From Chiloscyllium plagiosum (taxonomy: Eukaryota): DNA of 20,000 nt. The DNA lies in contig NC_057719.1 of the NCBI RefSeq assembly GCF_004010195.1, positions 44,527,472-44,547,471 on the forward strand. Direction: 5' to 3'. Under the pieces are notes generated by a model. That model saw only the letters and a list, made by a program, of their open reading frames with translations, was not told the DNA's origin and did not search any database. Position 1 is the first letter of the stretch; every line of letters begins with the position of its first letter. Made by a program: the position numbers and the translations under genes. Of this stretch, positions 10,930 through 18,126 are shown in pieces.

Positions 10930-11241
10930 GCCACGAAACGACACGACCAGCTATCCTTAGTAGCCACACACGCAGATGACAAGCAACATGAATTCGACTG
11001 GGACAACACTACTATTATAGGACAAGCCAATCAGAGAACAGCCAGGGAATTCCTAGAGGCATGGCACTCATCCACAGATTCAATCAATATGCACATCGAC
11101 CTGGACCCAATATACTGGCCACTGCAGCGGACAGCTGGAACTGACAACCGGAAGCGGCAGATTCAAACCACTACAAATGCCGGAGGAAAGATCACAGAAG
11201 CGCTTCACAGGAGGGTCCCAAGCACTGAGGATATCACCTAG
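10930..11241 (+). pseudogene. C-terminal part of PLE GIY-YIG endonuclease domain (5'-truncated ORF)
   Basis: ATKRHDQLSLVATHADDKQHEFDWDNTTIIGQANQRTAREFLEAWHSSTDSINMHIDLDPIY fits the H..HxFDW...RxFLEA...SIN pattern of Penelope/Poseidon endonucleases. There is no real start; it begins at the inversion junction. Confidence 0.8.
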
Positions 11242-11261
11242 ACAGGGGACGAAATGTCTGC
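11222..11261 (+). ncRNA. Minimal type I hammerhead ribozyme motif (right arm)
   Basis: Stem I gca/tgc, core CTGAGGA (CUGANGA), stem II atcacct/aggggac with an agac loop, GAAA, a very short stem III and a GTC cleavage triplet. Confidence 0.7.
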
Positions 11262-11977
11262 AACACAAATTCCCAGCTCGGCGAACAGAACCACAACAAT
11301 GAGCACCCGAGCTACAAATCTTCTCACAGACTTTAATTCAACTATTTATATTATAAAATCAATTTGACCATAATCTAAACTAACTCAAGCAAAAATTGTA
11401 GCAAACTACTGTCACAATAATGTGTATAAGCCAGATATTTCTTTTATTGTTGAGAAACCAAAGTCCAGTTTTGTATCCTAGCAAACTTTATTGGTAAGAA
11501 ACTAATATTCCATGTGTATTTACAAAGTATTTACAAAACAGAACTCAGTAGAGATATGAAGGGTTGAGGACAACAGCTACTTTGGCTGAAACCATTCACT
11601 AATGAATTCAAATCACAGTAATAAGGTTAATAATAAATCCTGTAGAGTTTAGATAATCAAGCTCTATAAGAGATGTGAAATCTCCTTATTCTTTTTTTAT
11701 AAATGGAATGAATTGTAATTGCTACATATTGTAGGGTTGTGTAGTTTTTTTACATAAGAACAATGATTATGAAAGGGCACAAGGAAAAAATAATCCTTCT
11801 GTAGACCAGGGTGCATTTTACAGTTCATTTAAAATAATGATATCTAACAGCAGCATGTGTAGTGATGCGATAACACTTTTCACTCTATATATAATTTCGA
11901 CTGTATGTATGTGAAAATAGCTGTAAATTGCAAGCACAGGTGATTCTGATAATACTATTTTCTTTGCATTCCAACAG

Positions 11978-11997
11978 GCATGTTGTCAAGTGTATGA
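11978..11997 (+). CDS. Candidate terminal coding exon, phase 1: (G)MLSSV* (class I PDZ-ligand-like end)
   Basis: ttctgat branch-like site, strong acceptor tattttctttgcattccaacag, then GC ATG TTG TCA AGT GTA TGA. Followed by an AU-rich unique region with AATAAA at 12257 and 12336. Phase matches the 4241-4270 donor. Confidence 0.4.
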
Positions 11998-12256
11998 TAC
12001 ATGTGTGATGACAGATCAGTAATAATCATTCAAGTTAGATGCATTTTTATTTCCACTTTGATGATATATCTATGGGTGGGCTATAAGATAACAACTGATA
12101 ACCGAAGAATGTAGGTCACTAGTTTTATGTCTAAATGCAATGTTATGTACATTGTTCTCAACTCTAAGATTACATCAGTGCAAATATGTACTAAACGGTT
12201 TTGTGTCATTCTGGTGTTGTATTTATTCATCAGTTGTGAGTTGTTTGTCCTCCTTA

Positions 12257-12341
12257 AATAAAGGTGAAATCCAGAATGCTTAATAGAACTGTATTAAGAT
12301 ACCTTTTGATTGATTATGATTGTACTAAATATTAAAATAAA
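12257..12341 (+). promoter_or_regulatory. Candidate polyadenylation signals (AATAAA 12257-12262 and 12336-12341)
   Basis: Canonical hexamers 260-340 nt after the candidate stop. The region is AT-rich, so chance occurrence is possible. Confidence 0.25.
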
Positions 12342-12409
12342 GCAATGCAAGCACCCAGGCATTATACTTTTGTAAAATACCAATTAGTAGAGATTATTCA
12401 TTGAATTAC

Positions 12410-12760
12410 AATGCACAAAGAAACCCAGTCCAATGGGCCCTGCAAAATCTTCCTCACTAATATCAGGAGACTGGGGCAAAATTCAAGAGACCTATTTTAC
12501 AAATCTGTCAAAGATCTATGTATATCAAGCAATACACCAGAGGTTTCTAACACCATCCCTAGGTATGCCCTGTTACACTGACAGGACAAACTATCCAAGA
12601 AGGGGAATATGTGATATACATCTGGGAAGGAATGGCTTTGGGAGTCCTCAGAATTGTAATCAGATCTTATATAGTTTATGACTTCAGATGAAATGACTAC
12701 TGTCTTCCTTCACATGATCAATCAGTACTCCATAGTAATGTAACCTAAATAAATATGAAG
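12410..12760 (+). mobile_element. Decayed CR1-group LINE, start of the APE endonuclease region
   Basis: ccctgcaaaatcttcctcactaatatc (PAKSSSLI) is homologous to cctgcaaagtcctcattactaacatt at about 15025; accatccctaggtatgccctg...caggaca is homologous to 15145-15190. Confidence 0.55.
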
Positions 12761-13464
12761 TTGGCAAGGACACTGAAAGTACGATGGATGGGGGTCTTGA
12801 TTATCTATAACTTTGACTTGATTAAGGAAGTGAGGAACTAAAATATGATTGAATGTGGTTAGTTGCAAATGTTTTCTGTAAAGAGAAAGCCATATGTTCT
12901 AGGCCAAATTAATGTCACGGGTTTATGGTTTGATAGTTGTTTTATGGCTCAAGCTAACATAAATAGTTAAAATGCTTTGAGGTAAAATCCTTTTATTTCA
13001 TTGTATGGCTATGTTTTAAAATGGTTCAGTTTTATTGCTTGAAGTATGTGATAGGCCTATGTATATTAGTTTTGCTTATTTTGACCTTTAACTTGTGTTA
13101 CATATCAATAGTTGTTGTGAAGTCACACATAACTGAGTTTTATTAAAATTGGCTAAGCATCAATTTTGGGGATGTTCATGGAGGGATTCTCTCCTTGAAC
13201 GCTAGTGAGTTACACTCACAATTCTCTACTGCTCAAATTATTATATATTCTTCTCACCTCTCTGGTGCCACCCCCATGCAATTTGGATTAGCACTTGAAA
13301 TGTGGGCCAATGTTACCTGTGTAGACTCGATGAACCAAAGAATCTCTTCTATAATGTATGATCTTATGCTACTTTTGGATTTCTGGACAGCTGTGCAGCT
13401 TAGAGGGAACCAACACACAGTAATAATGTATTTCACTTTGTACTCGTCAATTTTCTTGTTGCAG

Positions 13465-13499
13465 ATGTGGATGTACATAGTAGCACTTGTGAGGTTTGA
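13465..13499 (+). CDS. Candidate alternative terminal exon, phase 1: (D)VDVHSSTCEV*
   Basis: Acceptor caattttcttgttgcag, then AT GTG GAT GTA CAT AGT AGC ACT TGT GAG GTT TGA. Alternatively a 24-nt exon ending at CTT|gtgagg (13488). Confidence 0.2.
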
Positions 13500-13721
13500 C
13501 ATCCACTTTTACTCTGAGGTCAATCTTCAGTGTGCTGTGTTGCACCACTTCTCTGCTAAATGGATGGATTCAGAATAGACTAAGGAAGATGCAATTAGGT
13601 TTGCCTGAACTGCAGTGACCATTAATCCCAGCAGAGTTGTATATCACCAGAATTTACAACATCATGCCCCAACATATTACTTATTTCTCCAACATCAAGC
13701 CAGATGACCAAACTTGCTTCT

Positions 13722-14089
13722 ATTTTTTTCCCTTTTTATTCATTCATGGGATGAGAGTGTCACTGGATAGGCCAGTATTTATTGACCATCACTAATTGCT
13801 CAGGAGGCAGTTAAGAATCAATCAGTTGCTGTGGGTTTGGACTCACATGTAGGCCAGACCTAGTAAGAATGGTAGTTTCTTTCCCTAAAGAACATTAGTG
13901 AACCAGATGGGTGTCCGACAATTGACAGTGGTTTCATGGTCATCATTAAACTCTTAATTCCAGATCTTTTTTATTAGTGAATTCAAATTCTGCCCTCTGC
14001 TGTAGCAAGATTCAAATCTGGGTCTCCAGAACATTATTTGAGTTTCTATTAACAGTCCAAAATAAAGCTCCTAGGCCATCACCTCCCCC
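13722..14089 (-). mobile_element. tRNA-headed SINE with a CR1-group 3' tail (second shark SINE family)
   Basis: Reverse strand: ggggaggtgatggcctagg (A-box-like)...gagacccagatttgaatc (B-box-like)...atctggaattaag...catctggttcactaatg...ggtctggcctacatgtgagtcc...tcccatgaatgaataaaaa tail. Confidence 0.8.
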
Positions 14090-14104
14090 TTTAAATGTGA
14101 AGTG

Positions 14105-15910
14105 TAAAAGTGTATGACAAGTGCAGCACTACCTTACTCAGAAAATAGAAACATGTGATTAAAGGAATGGTAGTAATTTGTATGGATGATTGATTAAGGG
14201 ATGGTGGGGAATGGATGTTTTACTTACCGGAAAGAATTATGCAATGGTGATCCCCAGAGGTCTGCTCTTCATTGCTTTATGTAAATGTTCTGGACTCTGA
14301 TATCGTGAGTACAATTTTGAAATTAATGAAGGATATAAAATTTGACAACACAATAAAGAAATGGATAGGATATTGCTGGACATCAGCAGGACATAGACTG
14401 CTGTAATGGGCAGGCATACTGCGGGTGTAATTTAATGGCAGCAAGTGTGATGTGATGCTTTGTGAGAAACAACATAGTGAGGCACAATGATCTCAATGGT
14501 GTATTTTGAGAGTCTTGGGGATGTGCATTCATAAATACTTGGAGATGACACAGCAAGTTAACACCAGTAAAGGAAAAGGTGGCATAAATGTTATGTCACT
14601 GGACCAGCAAACCAGAGGTTTAGGCTAATACCGTGAGGTCAAGAATTCAAATCCCACTGTGGCAATTTGAAGAATTTAAATCAATTAATTTAACTTGTTT
14701 ATTTAAAATATCTGGAATTGAAACATCTGTTTTGAATTCCTGTAAAAAAATCAATTTGTTTCACCAGTACCCTATAATAAAGGATATCTTTGATCGTTAT
14801 CAAGTCTGGCCAGACCCCAAGATCCCTCTGTTCCTCCACCTGACTTAGAACCCTACCATTAACCCTGTATTCCGCAATCTGGAGTGTTGCTCCAGATTTG
14901 CAGCAATGTGGTTGACTCTTAAGAAGTTTTTATCAAGCCACTGGAGAAAAGTTACACAGGAATAAAACTGGATGAATCACCTGACATTGATGTAGGGACA
15001 GGAAATAACAATGACAATAACAATCCTGCAAAGTCCTCATTACTAACATTTGGGGACTTGAGACAGTTGTCTGAACAATCTACAGACTGCAACAGCAGCC
15101 TGACATCACCAGACAACATCTTATAGCTAACACCCTGGACACCACCATCACCATCTCTAGATACATCCAGTCCCCCTAGCAGGATACAGTAACACAGCAG
15201 CATACGGCCAGGAGGGAATTTCCTTTGGAAGCCCTCAACAGTCCCTCTGAACCCCATGAAATTTCACAGCATCAGGTCAAACATGGACAAGGAAATCTCC
15301 TGCCGCTATGACTGACTACTTCCCATCAGGTGATGAATTAATACTTCTTCATGTTGAATATCAAGAAATCAACACACTGATTCCATGAAAAATGCTTAGC
15401 AGCATCTAAGAAGTAGTACTCGGCACAAGTAAAACAAAAATGTCAACCTGATGAAGATACTGCTGGATTACTTGCATGCCAAATAACAGAAGCAGCATTA
15501 GTTGACAGAGCTAAGCAATCCTGCAGTCAATGTTGCAGAATGAATTATCAACTTATTGTTATTGGATCAAAATCCTAGAACTCCCTTCTTAACAGCATTA
15601 TCGGTCTACCTGCACTAAATTGGCTGCAACAGTTTAAGAAGGTGACTCCCTGCCACCTTCTCAAGGGCAGTTAAGGATGAGTAATAAAATATCCACTTTG
15701 ACACCAACATCCACAGAGAACAAAATATTCAGAAAACAGTTGTGAGATTGAGCTTTGTAAATAAAGGTAATAAGCAGAAAAAGAAGAAGTACCTAGAAAC
15801 ACTTTGCAAATCATTGCTTAGGTCTCAGGGGCAATATTGTTTGGTAGCAGCACACTCAGGGAAGATTGTCATGGACTTGGAGAGTGTACGTAGGAGATTT
15901 ACCAGAGGAA
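14105..15910 (+). mobile_element. Old CR1 RT fragment split into about 14105-14575 and 15730-15910 by a later insertion
   Basis: Decayed CR1 RT motifs in order: ggtgatccccagagg (GVPQG-like), cagcaggacatagac (QQDID), tttaatggcagcaagtgtgatgtgatgc (FNxxKCxVM). After the insertion: aaatcattgcttaggtctcag (KSLLRxQ) and ttggagagtgtacgtaggagatttacc (LESVxRRFT). Confidence 0.6.
14578..15725 (+). mobile_element. Internally deleted CR1-group LINE with a SINE-like 5' UTR
   Basis: The 5' part is homologous to the SINE at 13722-14089 (aaatatctggaattgaa, gtctggcc, cagcaatgtggttgactcttaa). It is followed by decayed endonuclease codons (PAKSSLLTFG; PHEISQHQVKHGQGNLL) and the family 3' end (aaaatcctagaactccctt...ccaccttctcaagggcagttaaggatgagtaataaa). 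Confidence 0.7.
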
Positions 15911-15939
15911 GATACCACTGAGTAAGTTCTTCAATTACA

Positions 15940-16865
15940 AACACTAACTCACAAATACTCTGCTCGCTGATGCTCAGTTTGGGTTCTGCTCAAACTGCTT
16001 GGTTCCAGATCTTGTTATAGTTTTAGTCTAAACATGGACACCAAACATGAATTCCAGGGTGAAATGAGACTGATTGATTTTGACATCAATACAACATTCA
16101 GCTGCTTATGGCATCAAGAGAGGCTGGTAATATTGATGCCATTTAAGGTCAGCAAATACTTCTCCAGTGATTGGAGTCATATTTGACTCAAAGTAAAGTA
16201 GTTGCAGTTATTGGAGTTCCAGAACATCACTGGAACAATTCCTCAGAATAGAGTCTTATGGTCAATTATTTTCAGCTCCATCATTAGTTCCTACCATCCA
16301 TCATCATTATGATTACATACTGCTCAACTCTGATCATATTTCTCTAGATAATGAAACAGTCAATGCATACATACCACAAGACTTAGACAACAATGTACTA
16401 TGAAATGCCAACTAATATTTGCACCACATAAGTGCCAGACAATGATAACTTTGAACAAGAGCCTCCTTAACCATCTTGCCTTGAGATTCAATTACATTGC
16501 TATCAGCAAGTTTCTCCACTGTCATTACTGACCAGAAACTCAACTGGGCAAGCTGCATGAACTCAATGAGATCAGTACCTGGTTATTCTATGGGCATTGG
16601 TCACTTTGACTCCTAATTACCTTGATCATCTGCCCCTCACAGATTTGTAGCCTTCATTACCAAAGAGTCCAAGGACAGATGCTGCATTAGAGCATCAGCA
16701 CCTCAAAGTTCCCCACTGAATCACAAAACACCCTGATTTTGACATATATTAAACTCATTCACCATTGCTGAATCAGAACATTTTATTTCCTTATGTAGCA
16801 GTAATGCAGGTACAGTTTCACCACAAAGGCTGTAGTTAAAAAGCAAAATTTTTAGAGGATCAACT
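15940..16865 (+). mobile_element. Decayed CR1-group LINE RT and 3' fragment
   Basis: ctgctcgctgatgctcagtttgggttc (LLADAQFGF), tttgacatcaatacaacattc (DIxxAF-like), ggaacaattcctcagaatagagtctta (GVPQGSVL-like), tttgcaccacataagtgccagacaatg (FAPHKCQTM). Confidence 0.7.
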
Positions 16866-17164
16866 ATCTTCTGATATCCACAATTAACTATGTTAGTACA
16901 ATCACCAGATGTTATAGTTTAACTTATCCTTTAATGGTGTGAACATTGGTAGCCTTACTATTGTTTTAACTGCAAAATTCATACCTTTACATTTTGGATA
17001 GAATTGGAAAACAATAAGGGTGATTTCAATGCAATTATAGGGCCAAGGTAACAAGGCAACTGAATTTATTTGACTTTTGGTACATGATACCATTTACTAT
17101 TTTGTAATTATTTGCTTCAGTCCACCATTTGCAATTTGACTTTGAGATTTGAGTCTGTGTTATA

Positions 17165-17280
17165 TACTCAACAACTTTTCCAATCCTACAACCTACTGAG
17201 ACCTTCAGAGTCTGGCCGTTTGTACATCCATGATTTTTAACCATTACTTCATTAATGACCATGCTTTCAAGGCAGTTGTC
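17165..17280 (+). mobile_element. Short L2 3' fragment
   Basis: caacttttccaatcctacaacc...tctggccgtttgtacatccatgattt...gaccatgctttca is homologous to 1900-2000. Confidence 0.45.
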
Positions 17281-17320
17281 GTTTCGATCCACCTATATGA
17301 CTCAAAACCATGGTCAGATT

Positions 17321-17893
17321 GATGGAAAAGCACAGCTGGTCATGCAGCATCCAAGGAGCAGGAGAGTCAATGTTTTGAGCATAGGCTCTTCATCAAGAAT
17401 GTGGGTGGGGGTGGGAGGGCTCGGGCTTGGGGAAGGTACCTAGGAATATGATAGGTAGATGAAGGTGGGGGTTGATGGTGATAGGTCAAAGAGGAAGGTG
17501 GAGTGGAGAGGTGCGAAGGAAGATGGACAGGTAGGACGGTTCAAGAGGGTGGCGCCGAGTTGGAAGTTTAGATCTGGGGTAAGGGTTGGGGAGGGGAGAT
17601 GAGGAAACTGGTGAAATCTACATTGATTCAATGAGGTCGAAGAGTCCCAAGGCGGAAGATGAAGTGTTCTTCCTCTAGTCATCAGGTGGCTAGGATTTGG
17701 TGATGGAAGAGGCCCAGGACCTGCATGTCCTTAGCAGAATGGGAGGGGAAGTTGAAGTGATCAGCTACAGGGCAGTAGGATTGTTTAGTGCAAGTGTCCC
17801 AGGGATGTTCTCTGAAACGTTCTGCAAGTTGGCGTCCTGTCTCCCCAATGTGAAGGAGATCATATCAAGAGCAACTGTTACAGTAGATGAGGT
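17321..17893 (-). mobile_element. Neptune-type PLE fragment: GIY-YIG domain plus 3' pLTR, inverted relative to 18125-20000
   Basis: Reverse strand encodes HLIYCNSCS*YDLLHIGETGRQLAERFREH and is colinear with 19591-20000. Carries a decayed hammerhead at 17365-17400 (ttgatga-a-gagc-ctat-gctc-aaaac). Confidence 0.85.
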
Positions 17894-18126
17894 GAAAGTG
17901 AGGACTGCAGATACTGGAGATTAGAGTCGAGAGTGTGATGCTGGAAAAGCACAGCAGGTCAGGCAGCATCTGAAGAGCAGGACAATCGACATTTCGGGCA
18001 AAAGTCCTTAATCAGGAATGAGGCTGGAAGCCTAGGGGGTGGAGAGATAAATGGGAGAGGGATGGGGCTGCGGGGAGTGTAGAGGAGATAGTTGGGAAGG
18101 AAGATGGACAGGTAGGATGGACAGAT
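17892..18126 (-). mobile_element. Second inverted PLE 3' end (pLTR with full tail)
   Basis: Repeats the ggaaaagcacagc...gagcagga block of 17324-17363 with about 48 extra terminal nt. Decayed hammerhead at 17985-18019 (ctgatta-a-ggac-tttt-gccc-gaaa-tgtc on the reverse strand). Confidence 0.85.

Larger units (their letters stand above)
9929..11332. mobile_element. Young Penelope-like element (Penelope/Poseidon-type) with inverted terminal arms
   Basis: TSD ttaattcaactat at 9916-9928 and 11333-11345. 9930-10218 is the reverse complement of 11011-11299 (about 7 mismatches in 289 bp by manual count). A 33-nt tail (11300-11332) is present only on the right. Contains a GIY-YIG C-terminal peptide and hammerhead motifs. 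Confidence 0.9.

Noticed and set aside
9988..10969. Long ORFs of 238-318 aa
   Set aside because: Artefacts of translating through 646 N; the flanking residues are PLE fragments.
9930..11299. Interpretation as a DNA transposon or MITE with long TIRs
   Set aside because: The arms encode a GIY-YIG C-terminus and hammerheads and are asymmetric (one-sided tail), which fits a Penelope-like retroelement.
13195..13578. 127-aa ORF
   Set aside because: Non-ATG start, no recognisable domain, composition typical of AT-rich non-coding DNA.
16900..17170. Minus-strand peptide EANNYKIVNGIMYQK resembling Gypsy/Ginger pre-integrase sequence
   Set aside because: No HHCC or DDE motifs follow, and part of the ORF overlaps an L2 relic.
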